Of a DNA stretch of 64,000 nt, positions 27,522 to 37,239 are shown piece by piece. The position numbers were made by a program, and so were the translations under genes. The notes under the pieces were generated by a model. The model was not told where the DNA came from, did no database searches, and was given only the letters and a program-made list of their open reading frames with translations. The stretch's first letter is position 1; every line of letters starts with the position of its first letter. Source of the stretch: Myxococcales bacterium. Lineage in GTDB: Bacteria > Myxococcota_A > UBA9042 > JABWCM01 > BTVJ01. The stretch spans positions 1-64,000 of the forward strand of contig BTVJ01000011.1 in the NCBI GenBank assembly GCA_045863395.1. Reading direction: 5' to 3'.

Positions 27522-28952
27522 TCAGCAGCAGAACTTCTGAATCACCCGCTCGTAGAACTGGACCGCCTTCTGCAGGTGGAGCAGCGAGACGTGCTCGTTC
27601 GGTCGTGAGAGCACGCCAGCGGCGTACCCTGGTCCGAAGACCACCGTGTCGAGGCCCCAGGCGCTGAACAGCCACCCCTCGGTGTGGATGTCGGACTCCC
27701 CGTCGGTCGGCGTGACACCCACCTCGCGGAGGGCCTCCCGGCACAACCCGAAGAGGGGCTGGTCGCCGGCGTCGCCCACGGCGTTGAGGGGCGGCTGATC
27801 CTTCACGACCTCCAGCTCCACCGTGTGCTGCTTCGTCGCGTCCCCCGCGGCGACGCACAGCTCCTCGATGCGGGAGAGCAGCGTCTCCGCGTCGTGGTCG
27901 AGGGTGGTGCGCAGCTCGTAGGTGAGCGAGAGGCCGGCCGGGCTCGTGCGGACGACGCCGAGGTTCCAGAGGCCGCGGGGCCAGGAGGCGCCATCCGGTG
28001 CGTCGAAGCAGGGGGGGCTGCCCAGCAGCGCCTCCACCCGGCGACAGAGCATCCGCGCGATGTTCAGGCAGTCGTTGACCGGGTAGGAGATGTCGGCCTC
28101 GTCCTCGTCCACTGGCACCAGGCTCACGCCCGGGGGCGGCTCGGGCAGCGCTGAGCCCGTCAGCAGGAGGACGGCGTCCAGGCGCTCCGGGACCCGGTTG
28201 GGGCTGTCGCCGCCCTGGACGTTGTGGATGGTGGCCAGCCCCTCCGCCGCGATGCGCGAGAGCCACGACAGGCCGGCCTGGACGGCGTTGCTGCCCAGGT
28301 GAGGGGCCGAGCCGTGGGCCGGGGAGCCGCTGAACCTCACGCGGTAGCTGCCCTCCGTGCGGGGCAGGCGCCAGATGTTCTTGGCCCGGCGGATGTTGAG
28401 CCGGAACACCAGGTGTCCGCGGTGCTCGCGCACCAGCTCCAGGTTGGTCGGGTGGCCGAGGAGCACCGCGTCGGGGTGCAGGAGCCCGCTCTCCAGCATG
28501 TAGGCGCCGCCGCGCTGGGCGGCCGCCTCGCCCCCGAAGAGGGCGGCGACCCAGAGCGGGCGCTTCAGGGCGGCGCGCGGGGTCTGCGTTGCGGCGATGA
28601 CCTTGCAGAGCAGGTCGAGCTTGCCGGACAGGGCGCCAAGCCCGTAGAGGCGTCCGTGGCGCGTGGTCGCATGGAGCGGCGCGCCGCCGGTCTCCGTCCA
28701 GGCCGCGGGGTTGCCGGGGGGCTCGCTGCGGACGGGGGACACGAGCAGGAGCCCCCCGTTCTCACGGGGGCCCTTGAGCCCGATCAGGTTGGTGTGGTTG
28801 CCCTCCTCCGTGCAGGCGGCCTGCTCCATGATGGAGAACTCGCCGTAGTAGAGGAGATCCATGAAGTAGGGGATCGCGAGGGAGCCGCCGGAGGGGCCGC
28901 TCGTGTCCAGCGCAATCAGCTCGCGGGCAGCCTTGAGGAGCTCCGTTGCCAT
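27522..28952 (-). CDS. M20/M25/M40 (ArgE/DapE-like) fold protein with substituted metal ligands
   Basis: NLIG...GLLL, RLYGLGA, AHGSAPHLGSNA, GGDSPNRVP and VVFGPG...PNEHV align with the M20 scaffold. Confidence 0.85.
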   Translation of the reverse strand: MATELLKAARELIALDTSGPSGGSLAIPYFMDLLYYGEFSIMEQAACTEEGNHTNLIGLKGPRENGGLLLVSPVRSEPPGNPAAWTETGGAPLHATTRHGRLYGLGALSGKLDLLCKVIAATQTPRAALKRPLWVAALFGGEAAAQRGGAYMLESGLLHPDAVLLGHPTNLELVREHRGHLVFRLNIRRAKNIWRLPRTEGSYRVRFSGSPAHGSAPHLGSNAVQAGLSWLSRIAAEGLATIHNVQGGDSPNRVPERLDAVLLLTGSALPEPPPGVSLVPVDEDEADISYPVNDCLNIARMLCRRVEALLGSPPCFDAPDGASWPRGLWNLGVVRTSPAGLSLTYELRTTLDHDAETLLSRIEELCVAAGDATKQHTVELEVVKDQPPLNAVGDAGDQPLFGLCREALREVGVTPTDGESDIHTEGWLFSAWGLDTVVFGPGYAAGVLSRPNEHVSLLHLQKAVQFYERVIQKFCC

Positions 28953-29013
28953 GCCGCGATTGTAGGCGTGGTCGACCGGGACCGCAATGGACCGGGCAGG
29001 AACGGCTCCTCGC

Positions 29014-29436
29014 CTACCCGTCCTTCGGCGGGGCCACCGCGTCGCGGACCCCGCGCACCGTCGCGCTCGCCTGCTTGCCGATCTCTTGTGCCGTGGCGCT
29101 CGCGTCCTTGAGCTTGGCGAGGATGTCCGGGACCAGGTCGAGGACGCGCTCGATGGTCCCTTTGGCCTGCTTGACGGGCAGCACCGTGACGACGTCGTCC
29201 GCCAGGCACACGACCGCCACCGGGCTCACGCGGAAGCCCCCCACGAGGCCACCTCCGCCGGTCTTGGAGACCTCTGCGCGCCCCTCGCCTCCCGCCGCAC
29301 CGATGCCGAGGCGGATCTCCGTGATGGGGACGAAGCGCTGCCCGCCGGCCTCGAAGGGCTCGCCGATGACTGTCTCGGTGCGGGTCACCGACTGGAGGTG
29401 CTCCATTGCCACGTCGAAGAAGGTGTCGAAGTCCAT
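29014..29436 (-). CDS. GerW/YtfJ family protein
   Basis: TETVIGEPFEAGGQRFVPITEIRLGIGAAGGEG...GGGG...VSPVAVV. Confidence 0.85.
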   Translation of the reverse strand: MDFDTFFDVAMEHLQSVTRTETVIGEPFEAGGQRFVPITEIRLGIGAAGGEGRAEVSKTGGGGLVGGFRVSPVAVVCLADDVVTVLPVKQAKGTIERVLDLVPDILAKLKDASATAQEIGKQASATVRGVRDAVAPPKDG

Positions 29437-29437
29437 G

Positions 29438-29710
29438 TCATGCCTCCAACGTGACCATGCGGGCGCCGGCCGCGTCGACCACGACGACCGCCTTCGGTGT
29501 GAGGACCAGGCCGCCGGCGACTCCGGCTCCGCTGCTGCTCCGGCCTTCGCCGCCCGAGCCCAGCGCGCCTCCGAAGCCGAAGGTGATCTCGCAGAGCGGG
29601 ATCACCACGGACGGGCCCTGGGAGATGGGCTTGCCGACGATGCTCTGGCTGTTGGCCATGCGGGTCAGGCGGTCGGCGACGCGCCTGAGCTGTTGTTCGA
29701 GCTGCTCCAT
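29438..29710 (-). CDS. GerW/YtfJ family protein (short paralogue)
   Basis: SIVGKPISQGPSVVIPLCEITFGFGGALGSG...GAGVAGG...TPKAVVVV. Confidence 0.8.
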   Translation of the reverse strand: MEQLEQQLRRVADRLTRMANSQSIVGKPISQGPSVVIPLCEITFGFGGALGSGGEGRSSSGAGVAGGLVLTPKAVVVVDAAGARMVTLEA

Positions 29711-30324
29711 GGGGGGGCTCCTTGGGTCCGTTGAGAGGGGCGCCATGCGGCTCGCGCGGCGCGGCCGTCGGGGCCGAGCATCCAGCGCACGAGCACGAAG
29801 GCAACCCGTGGAAGCCAGACGGTGGCGCTGACGGCGACGTCGCACCGCAGCGCTGGGGGGCCGATGGCCAGAGACAGCCACCTGGAAGGGCGGCGGGCCG
29901 CGCCCTCGGCGGCGAGTCGCAGCCCCTCGGCCTGGCATACGAGGAAGGGGTCGTCCCAGGTCAGGGCCAGGGAGCCCTCTGCGCGGAGGCGGACCGTGCG
30001 CAGGAGCGCCCGGGCGAGGCGCCACAGACCTGGAACGGCGGCGCGGTTGTTCCATGAGAGGCGCCGAGAGCGACGTCTGGGGCGCTCTTGGACCCGCGCC
30101 GTGGCTCGCCCGACACGCATCGCTCGACCTGCTGCCCAGAGCGTGGCGCCCTCCCCCGAGCGCCAGCCCACAGCGACGACCCGCGGCCAGCCGACGCGCA
30201 GCAGCGCATGGAGGGAAGGCGTCGTCGCGGCGCGGGCCTCGGCGCGGACCGGGATCAGCACGAGCGCCAGCAGGAGGGCGGCGAGGACGCCCGCGATGGT
30301 GAGGACGACCGACACGCCCCGCAT
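29665..30324 (-). CDS. Membrane-anchored DUF2953-like protein
   Basis: N-terminal TM ending LALVLIPVR, a basic middle region and a DDPF...G motif. It sits directly upstream of ytfJ-like genes, as is typical for this family. The start is uncertain. Confidence 0.55.
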   Translation of the reverse strand: MRGVSVVLTIAGVLAALLLALVLIPVRAEARAATTPSLHALLRVGWPRVVAVGWRSGEGATLWAAGRAMRVGRATARVQERPRRRSRRLSWNNRAAVPGLWRLARALLRTVRLRAEGSLALTWDDPFLVCQAEGLRLAAEGAARRPSRWLSLAIGPPALRCDVAVSATVWLPRVAFVLVRWMLGPDGRAARAAWRPSQRTQGAPPWSSSNNSSGASPTA

Positions 30325-30515
30325 TCTACGCCAGGACGCGCTGGCCACAACTTCGCCTTCTCGCATGGGATCAACGGCGTGCGCCGAAGTGACCGCGTCC
30401 GGGAATGGGGCGCTGTCGCCGAGGGTTGCTCTGGCCTGCTCTCCCGTGCCCCGCGTCCGCGGCGGCAGCTTGAACACCCTGAGATGTGTGACCGCCCGCA
30501 TGGCGGAGGAGATCG

Positions 30516-31589
30516 ATGATCGGTGAGGTCGTACTGTTCCTGGTGGGTCTGGTCTCGCTGCTGGTGGGCGCCGAGGCTTTGGTGCGCGGCGCGTCCCGGC
30601 TCGCCATCGCCTTCGGCATCTCTCCCCTCGTGGTGGGCCTGACCGTCGTCGCCTTCGGGACCAGCGCTCCCGAGATGGCGGTCGCCGCAAAGGCGGTCCT
30701 CGGTGGGGCCAACGACATCGCCGTTGGCAACGTCATCGGCAGCAACATCTTCAACATCCTGGTGATCCTCGGGCTGTCCGCCCTGGTCGCGCCGCTGGTG
30801 GTCCACACGCAGGTGATCCGCCAGGAGGTGCCCGTGATGATCGCCGTGTCGCTGCTCCTCCTGGGGCTCTCGCTGGACGGGGCCGTGGGTCGGGTCGAGT
30901 CCCTCGCGCTGTTCGGGCTGCTCTTCGCCTACAACGGCTTCCTCGTGATCCAGGCGCGCAGGCGCCGCGATCCCGACGAGGACGCCCTGCCGGCCACTGG
31001 GTGGGACCGCCACTGGGCGGTCCAGCTCTCCCTCGTCGTCGGTGGCCTCGGCCTCCTCGTCCTCGGGTCCCACTGGCTGGTCGACGCGGCGAGCACGTTT
31101 GCCCGCGCCATCGGCGCGAGCGAGGTCGTCATCGGTCTGACCATCGTCGCGGCGGGGACGTCCCTGCCCGAGGTCGCAACCTCCGTCATGGCGGCCGTCC
31201 GCGGCCAGCGGGACATCGCCGTGGGCAACGTGGTCGGCAGCAACGTGTTCAACATCCTGGGCTGCATCGGCCTCGCGGGCTCCCTCACCTCCGAGGGGTT
31301 GGTCGTCGCCCCATCCATCCTGCGCTTCGACCTGTGGTTCATGGTCGCGGTCGCCGTGGCCACCGTGCCCATCTTCCTGTCCGGGCACCGTGTCGAGCGC
31401 TGGGAGGGCGTCCTCTTCCTGGGGGTCTACGCCGCCTACACCGTGTGGCTGATCCTCGACGCCACCGGACACGACGCCGTGCCGGCCTACTCGGGGATCA
31501 TGCTGTGGTTCGTCGCCCCGCTGCTCCTTGTCACGCTTGGCGTCGTCATGTGGCGTGGCCTCAGGCGCCGCGCGACGGCCGGGGCTTGA
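30516..31589 (+). CDS. Calcium/sodium antiporter (YrbG, CaCA family)
   Basis: Two alpha repeats: GLTVVAFGTSAPE...GNVIGSNIFN and GLTIVAAGTSLPE...GNVVGSNVFN. Confidence 0.95.
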   Translation: MIGEVVLFLVGLVSLLVGAEALVRGASRLAIAFGISPLVVGLTVVAFGTSAPEMAVAAKAVLGGANDIAVGNVIGSNIFNILVILGLSALVAPLVVHTQVIRQEVPVMIAVSLLLLGLSLDGAVGRVESLALFGLLFAYNGFLVIQARRRRDPDEDALPATGWDRHWAVQLSLVVGGLGLLVLGSHWLVDAASTFARAIGASEVVIGLTIVAAGTSLPEVATSVMAAVRGQRDIAVGNVVGSNVFNILGCIGLAGSLTSEGLVVAPSILRFDLWFMVAVAVATVPIFLSGHRVERWEGVLFLGVYAAYTVWLILDATGHDAVPAYSGIMLWFVAPLLLVTLGVVMWRGLRRRATAGA

Positions 31590-31636
31590 GCCGCGGCCCC
31601 GGAGAGGCCACACTGGGGCCAACCTGCGGAGGCCCC

Positions 31637-32320
31637 GTGACGAGCGACATCTCCATCATCCTCGCCGCCAAGGACGAGGCGCCGACCATCGCCGACGTCG
31701 TCGAACGCTGCCGCGCCTCCACTCCGCGGCTGCGTGAGATCCTGGTGGTCGACGACGGCTCGTCGGACGACACGGCCGCCTGCGCCACCGCCGCCGGGGC
31801 CACGGTGCACCGGCTGCCCAGGAACCGGGGCAAGGGGGTGGCCATCCGGCACGGGCTGGAGCGCGCCACGGGGGACGTGCTCCTGTTCCTGGACGCCGAC
31901 GGGCAGGACGACCCGGAGGACATCCCGCGTCTGATCGAGGCGCTGCGCCCCGGTGTGGACATGGTGGTCGGCTCGCGCTTCCTCGGCACGTTCCTCGACG
32001 GGGCGATCACCCCGCTCAACAAGGCCGGCAACGTCGCGCTGACCGGTGTGGTCAACGCCTTGTTCGGGGCCGCCCTGACCGACACCCAGGCCGGCTTTCG
32101 GCTCGTGCGCCGGGAGGCCGCTGCGCGCTGCCGCCTGAGCGCCTCCCGCTACAACATCGAGGTGGACCTCCTGCTCGGGGTGCTTCGGTCCGGCGGGCGG
32201 GTCGTCGAGGTGCCCGTCACGCGGCGGGCTCGCTCCCACGGTCGGAGCGGGCTCCACAGCTTCCGGGACGGGGCGCTGATCCTGGCCCACATCCTGCGCC
32301 GCCGCCTCGGGCCGCGCTGA
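31637..32320 (+). CDS. GT2 glycosyltransferase (DPM1/ArnC-like)
   Basis: ISIILAAKDE, VVDDGSSDDT, NRGKGVA, FLDADGQDDP, VVGSRF and TDTQAGFR. Confidence 0.92.
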   Translation: MTSDISIILAAKDEAPTIADVVERCRASTPRLREILVVDDGSSDDTAACATAAGATVHRLPRNRGKGVAIRHGLERATGDVLLFLDADGQDDPEDIPRLIEALRPGVDMVVGSRFLGTFLDGAITPLNKAGNVALTGVVNALFGAALTDTQAGFRLVRREAAARCRLSASRYNIEVDLLLGVLRSGGRVVEVPVTRRARSHGRSGLHSFRDGALILAHILRRRLGPR

Positions 32321-32327
32321 GGGGCGC

Positions 32328-33863
32328 GTGGCCGTCGTCACCTTGCTGCGGCCGCCGAGCGTCATCGGGCGCTGGGCCCTGACGCTCAACGTCACGCCGC
32401 CTCTGTCCCTGGCCTACGTGGCGGGGGCGCTGGCGGCGGCCGGCCACGAGCCGCGCATCGTGGACGGGGTGGGGGAGGCGGTTGCCCAGGTCCGGGCAGG
32501 CTACCACCCGGACGTGCTCGTCAATGGGCTGACCGTCCCTCAGCTCGTCGAGCGGGTGGACCCGCGGTCCGGGCTCATCGGCATCTCCTGCATGTTCTCC
32601 ACCGAGTGGCCCGTGGTGCGGGAGCTGATCGCCGCCCTCGGGCGCCGCTTTCCGGGCGTCCCCATCGTGTGCGGCGGCGAGCACCCCACGGCCGCGGCCG
32701 AGTTCTCGCTGGAGGAGGCGCCCGCGCTGACGGCGTGCGTGTTGGGGGAGGGGGAGGAGACCGCAGTCGCGCTCGCCGCGGCCGTCGATGAGGGCTCCCC
32801 ATGGGTCGACATTGCCGGGCTCGCGCTGCGGACCGTACATGGGATTGTTCGCACCGGGCCTCGCCCCAGGATCCGCGCGGTCGACGACATCCCGCTGCCC
32901 CGCTGGGACCTCACCCCCATCGAGACCTACCTGGCCGGGGGCCACAGCTTCGGCGTGGACCGGGGCCGCACCATGCCCATCCTGGCGAGCCGCGGCTGCC
33001 CGTATTCGTGCACCTTCTGCTCCAGCCCCGCCATGTGGACCACGCGGTGGGTGGCGCGGAGCCCATCCCTCGTCGCCGACGAGATCGAGGGCTACGTGCG
33101 CGCGCTGGGCGCCGAGGCCGTCGACTTCTATGACCTGACCGCCATCGTGCGGCGCGACTGGATCATCGCGTTCTGCAACGAGCTGCTGCGCCGGGAGCTG
33201 CCCATCACGTGGCAGCTCCCGAGTGGCACCCGCAGCGAGGCCATCGACGGAGAGGTCGCCACGCTGCTCGCCCGCTCCGGGTGCCGCAACGTCTCCTACG
33301 CGCCCGAGAGCGGCTCGCCGCGCATCCTGCGTGCCATCGACAAGCGCGTGGACCTCCCCCGCATGGAGGCGTCCATGGCCGCCGCCGTCGAGGCAGGCCT
33401 CAACGTGAAGGCCAACGTGATGGTGGGCTTCCCGGGGGAGGATCTGGGCCACGCCCGCGAGACCCTCGACTTCATCGTCCGCATGGCGCTCCTCGGGGTC
33501 CACGACGTGTCGGTCTGGACCTTCTCCCCGTACCCCGGCTCCCGCCTGTTCGACGAGCTGCGTGCCGCGGGGCGCCTCGGACCCCTGGACGACGCCTACT
33601 TCGCCGCGCTCCTGTCCTACTCGGACCTGGCGGGCGCCGTCTCGTGGAGCGAGCACATGAGCTCACGGACCCTGCGCGCGCTCCGGCTGTTCGGGATGGC
33701 CAGCTTCTACGCGGTGAGCTTCGCCCGCCGCCCGGGTCGCCTCGCCGCCCTGGTCAGGAACGCGCGGAGCGGACGCCTGGAGTCGCGCCTGGAGATGTCC
33801 GTCGCCAACCTGCTGCGCAAGGTGGCCCCCACGGCCGTCGCGAGGCGCCCTGGGCGGCCGTGA
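32328..33863 (+). CDS. Cobalamin-binding radical SAM protein (class B methyltransferase-like)
   Basis: N-terminal B12 domain (PPLSLAYVAGAL, GISCMFS, GGEHPT), followed by SRGCPYSCTFC (CxxxCxxC), APESGS and MVGFPGE. Confidence 0.92.
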   Translation: MAVVTLLRPPSVIGRWALTLNVTPPLSLAYVAGALAAAGHEPRIVDGVGEAVAQVRAGYHPDVLVNGLTVPQLVERVDPRSGLIGISCMFSTEWPVVRELIAALGRRFPGVPIVCGGEHPTAAAEFSLEEAPALTACVLGEGEETAVALAAAVDEGSPWVDIAGLALRTVHGIVRTGPRPRIRAVDDIPLPRWDLTPIETYLAGGHSFGVDRGRTMPILASRGCPYSCTFCSSPAMWTTRWVARSPSLVADEIEGYVRALGAEAVDFYDLTAIVRRDWIIAFCNELLRRELPITWQLPSGTRSEAIDGEVATLLARSGCRNVSYAPESGSPRILRAIDKRVDLPRMEASMAAAVEAGLNVKANVMVGFPGEDLGHARETLDFIVRMALLGVHDVSVWTFSPYPGSRLFDELRAAGRLGPLDDAYFAALLSYSDLAGAVSWSEHMSSRTLRALRLFGMASFYAVSFARRPGRLAALVRNARSGRLESRLEMSVANLLRKVAPTAVARRPGRP

Positions 33864-33980
33864 GCCTGGCTACGGAGGTCGCGCCGGAGCGCCTTGGCCG
33901 TGCCCGCAGCGCGAACCAGTCGGGCAGAGGTGCCCGGCGTGCTCGCGAGGGCAGCGCGGGGCGCCTTCGCTTCGCCCGGT

Positions 33981-35627
33981 TCACGGCCCGCCCTTCCTGA
34001 GGAGCGCCAGGCGCCCGTGACCTGATACGGGGTCGAGGTGCCGGTCCCAGGTGCCCGGGTCGAGGAGCTGGGGGGTCCGCCGATCCTTGCTCAGCGCGAA
34101 CAGCGCCCCACCCGGGATGGCGTCGGGGCGCAGCTCGTCGGGGCCGATCAGGGCCCCGTAGGCCGCGGCGTCCAGGTGGGGGAGCAGCGCCGCGGTCTGG
34201 CCGACGCGCGGGTTGGTGAGCACCACCAGCTCGTGGTGGTGGTCGACGGGCAGCAGGTAGCGGACCCGCACGCCCGGGAGGCGGCCCGTGCGGTCGAGCC
34301 ACGTGGGGAGGACGTGGTTGTTCGTGTAGATCGCCGGGGCGGGGGCGACGGCGAGCTGGGCCTCCAAGAGCCAGGTCAGCTCCTCCGACGTCGTGTCTGG
34401 ACCGAAGCCCTCGACGGCCATGGGCCTCGCGGCCAGCGCCGGCCCCGCCAGGGCCAGCGCGGCCAGGGCGGCGCTGCCCGTCATGCGACGCCTGGTCGCC
34501 GCGCCGAGGTACACGAGGAGCCCAGCCCCCGCCACCACCAGCAGCGTCACCTCGCCGGTGGCCAGGTACACGCTCATGGCGGCGACCAGGAGGGCGCCGA
34601 GCGCGAGCGGGTCGCGAGCGGGGCCCCCGGGGGCGCCCTCGACGGCCTCCACCGCGCGCCCCAGCAGCAGCGCCCCCGCCGCGACGGGCATCAGGGCGTA
34701 TCGGACCGAGAAGCCGAGCACGAACAGCGGGGACTCTGGCAGGAGCCACAGGTGAGTCACGGCGAACACCGCTGCATAGACCAACACGAAGACGCCGAGA
34801 GTCTTCTCGAGGGACGTCGTCCCCCGCACGCGGGCCCACACGAGGAGCGCCAGGGCCGGCGAGGTGATGAAGAGGCCCCGGAGCAGCGAGTGGACGTCGT
34901 GGCGCTCGTACTCGGCGACCCACTCGGGGTTGGTCGTGTCCATGGCTGGCACGTTGGGGGGGAAGTGGATGAACCACAGCACGTCGCCGTGGTAGAGGGC
35001 GCCGAGGGTGCCATAGGCCAGGGGCCAGCAGAGCAGGCCGGCGAGCAGGCGGGGGCTCCGGTCCCGCAGGAGGGCGGCGGCGGCGATGATCGCGCAGAAC
35101 AGGGCGGCCTCGAAGCGCACCCAGGGCAGCGCGCCGAGGACGAGGCCCGCGAGGAGCGGGCGCCTCGTCACGAGCAGCCACAGGGCGAGCACGGTGCCGG
35201 CGACGCCGTCGGAGTTGGACACCCCGGCGGCCGCGCTCCAGAGGTACATGGGGGACGCGGCGAGGATCAGCGCGGGCAGCCACGGGCGTCGCAGGCCGAT
35301 GGCCACGGCCACCCGGTGCAGGAGCACCACGCCCACGGCGGCCACCAGCACGTGCGCCACCTGGTAGGCCAGCGGACCGAGGCGGGCCGGGAGGGCGTAG
35401 AGGAGGGCGAGGACCGGCTTCGACTTCTGGAGGAAGATCAGGGGCAGGGGAGCCTCTCCCGCCATGCGCGCGAAGCCGTAGCTCAGGAGCCCTTCGTCGT
35501 GGAGGTTTGCCGGGTCGAGGGCGAGCCAGACGCCGGCGATGCACGTGAGGGCCCCGAGGGTCGCCGCGGCGCTCCACCCTTCACCCAGGGAGGCACGGAG
35601 GACGCGCGCCATGACGGGCGCCGTCAT
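33981..35627 (-). CDS. Polytopic membrane protein, probable GT-C fold glycosyltransferase
   Basis: HDE after the first TM, many TM helices, PWVRFE and a C-terminal soluble domain. It is the last gene of the epimerase-deacetylase operon. Confidence 0.6.
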   Translation of the reverse strand: MTAPVMARVLRASLGEGWSAAATLGALTCIAGVWLALDPANLHDEGLLSYGFARMAGEAPLPLIFLQKSKPVLALLYALPARLGPLAYQVAHVLVAAVGVVLLHRVAVAIGLRRPWLPALILAASPMYLWSAAAGVSNSDGVAGTVLALWLLVTRRPLLAGLVLGALPWVRFEAALFCAIIAAAALLRDRSPRLLAGLLCWPLAYGTLGALYHGDVLWFIHFPPNVPAMDTTNPEWVAEYERHDVHSLLRGLFITSPALALLVWARVRGTTSLEKTLGVFVLVYAAVFAVTHLWLLPESPLFVLGFSVRYALMPVAAGALLLGRAVEAVEGAPGGPARDPLALGALLVAAMSVYLATGEVTLLVVAGAGLLVYLGAATRRRMTGSAALAALALAGPALAARPMAVEGFGPDTTSEELTWLLEAQLAVAPAPAIYTNNHVLPTWLDRTGRLPGVRVRYLLPVDHHHELVVLTNPRVGQTAALLPHLDAAAYGALIGPDELRPDAIPGGALFALSKDRRTPQLLDPGTWDRHLDPVSGHGRLALLRKGGP

Positions 35628-36301
35628 CCGCGAGGGGTCCCGCCGACGATGAGGCGCGCCCCGACCCCGAAGGCCTCGGCGGCACGGGCGCGAATCTGGG
35701 AGCCGCGGAGCCGCGCGAGGGCGCGGATCACGTCCGCGTCCAGGTAGGGTCGCCCCCCGATGCGCTGGGAGGCGTAGGCGCCCACCATGCGGACCTTGGC
35801 CTCCAGGTCGCGCTCCTCCAGAGGTACCCAGACCGAGAGCCGGCCGTCGCCCAGGTCGTTGTTTGGGAACTCGCCGTAGAGCACCGTGGCGTGGGCTTTG
35901 AAGACGCGGGTGGCCTCCAGGGAGACCTGGCGGTGGTCCTGGTTGGTGTCGCGCTCCGGGTGGGTGACGACCAGGTCATAGCGGCCGCGCAGCGCCTCCA
36001 GCGCCGCGTAGAGGTCCCCGCGGCGCGCCTCGAAGGCGCCCTGGCAGGCGGGGAGCAGGTCCGCGTGATCGGTGTGGTCGGTGAGCTGGGCGCCTTGCTC
36101 ACGGAGCCACCCCAGGTTGCCGCGCAGCTCCTCCCGCGCCTGGGTGGCTCCGGCGTCGTCCAAGACTCCTCGATGGTCGCTGAAGACCAGGACGCCGACG
36201 GTCGCTCCGTCGCGGCACGCGCGAGCGAGGAGGCCGCCGGCGAGCAGCTCCACGTCGTCGCAGTGCGCCCCCACGAAGAGGATGCGCTCGGGGAGCCTCA
36301 C
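35624..36301 (-). CDS. PIG-L/LmbE family deacetylase
   Basis: FVGAHCDDVE, VVTHP..DTNQDH and KV...YASQ. The GTG start overlaps the epimerase stop. Confidence 0.85.
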   Translation of the reverse strand: MRLPERILFVGAHCDDVELLAGGLLARACRDGATVGVLVFSDHRGVLDDAGATQAREELRGNLGWLREQGAQLTDHTDHADLLPACQGAFEARRGDLYAALEALRGRYDLVVTHPERDTNQDHRQVSLEATRVFKAHATVLYGEFPNNDLGDGRLSVWVPLEERDLEAKVRMVGAYASQRIGGRPYLDADVIRALARLRGSQIRARAAEAFGVGARLIVGGTPRG

Positions 36302-37239
36302 AGCGGCCCCCGCGGCAGGTAGCCGGCCTCGTGGAGCCAACGGGCGGCGCGGGGGAGGCCCTCGGCGATGGGCGTCGAGCAGGCGCCTGGAAGGTGCGCC
36401 TGGAGGCGCTCGACGGCTGCCAGGCGGCGGACGACCCGGTCCCAGGGGCGACGGGGCCCTACGGTGAGACGATCTGCCGGGGCGTCGAACAGGGCGAGGA
36501 TGCGCTCGGCGAGCTCCAGGATGGGCGTCTCGACGCCCGTCCCGACGTTGACCACGTTCCCGGCGGTGGTCTCGGCCCGGACCAGGACGTCCACTACGTC
36601 GTCCACGAAGGTGAAGTCGCGGGTCGCGCCGGCGCCCGTGATGTCGATGCGTCGCCCGGGCCCGTGGAGCGCCGCGATCATGTTCGGGATGGCGTTGCGG
36701 TAGGGCCCCGGCGGGTCCCCGGGGCCGTAGACGTTGAACAGGCGCAGCACCGCGTGGGGGAGGCCGGACGCCTGCACGTACTGCTCCCCCAGGTGCTTGC
36801 TGGTCGCGTACGGGGTGGTCGGAGCGAGGGGGCCGTCCTCCCTGTGAGGCACCGGGGCGTCCCCATAGGACGATGACGAGCCCGTGTAGACGAACAGGCC
36901 GCACCCCGCCGCCCGGGCGTGGGCCAGCACGTGGAGGGTGCCCTCGGCGTTGGTGCGCAGATCGAGCTCCGGGTCCTCGATGGATCGCGCGTTGGCGAAG
37001 GACGCGGCCAGGTGATAGACGCGGTCCCAGGGGCCCGCGGGCAGGCGCGCCAGGTCCTCGGGGCAGCGGATGTCACACCAGCAGAAGCGTGCGCCTGCGC
37101 TCAGCGCATCGGCGATCAGGGCCGTCGACCCGTGCATGGACAGGTTGTCGGCGACCACCACGGCGTGGCCGTCCCTCGCGAGCCGGCGCACCAGGTTGGA
37201 GCCGATGAAGCCTGCGCCGCCTGTGACAAGGATCCGCAC
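36298..37239 (-). CDS. NAD-dependent nucleotide-sugar epimerase/dehydratase
   Basis: ILVTGGAGFIGS, YHLAA, SSSSYG, PYATSK, LRLFNVYGP and RDFTFVDD. Confidence 0.93.
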   Translation of the reverse strand: MRILVTGGAGFIGSNLVRRLARDGHAVVVADNLSMHGSTALIADALSAGARFCWCDIRCPEDLARLPAGPWDRVYHLAASFANARSIEDPELDLRTNAEGTLHVLAHARAAGCGLFVYTGSSSSYGDAPVPHREDGPLAPTTPYATSKHLGEQYVQASGLPHAVLRLFNVYGPGDPPGPYRNAIPNMIAALHGPGRRIDITGAGATRDFTFVDDVVDVLVRAETTAGNVVNVGTGVETPILELAERILALFDAPADRLTVGPRRPWDRVVRRLAAVERLQAHLPGACSTPIAEGLPRAARWLHEAGYLPRGPL

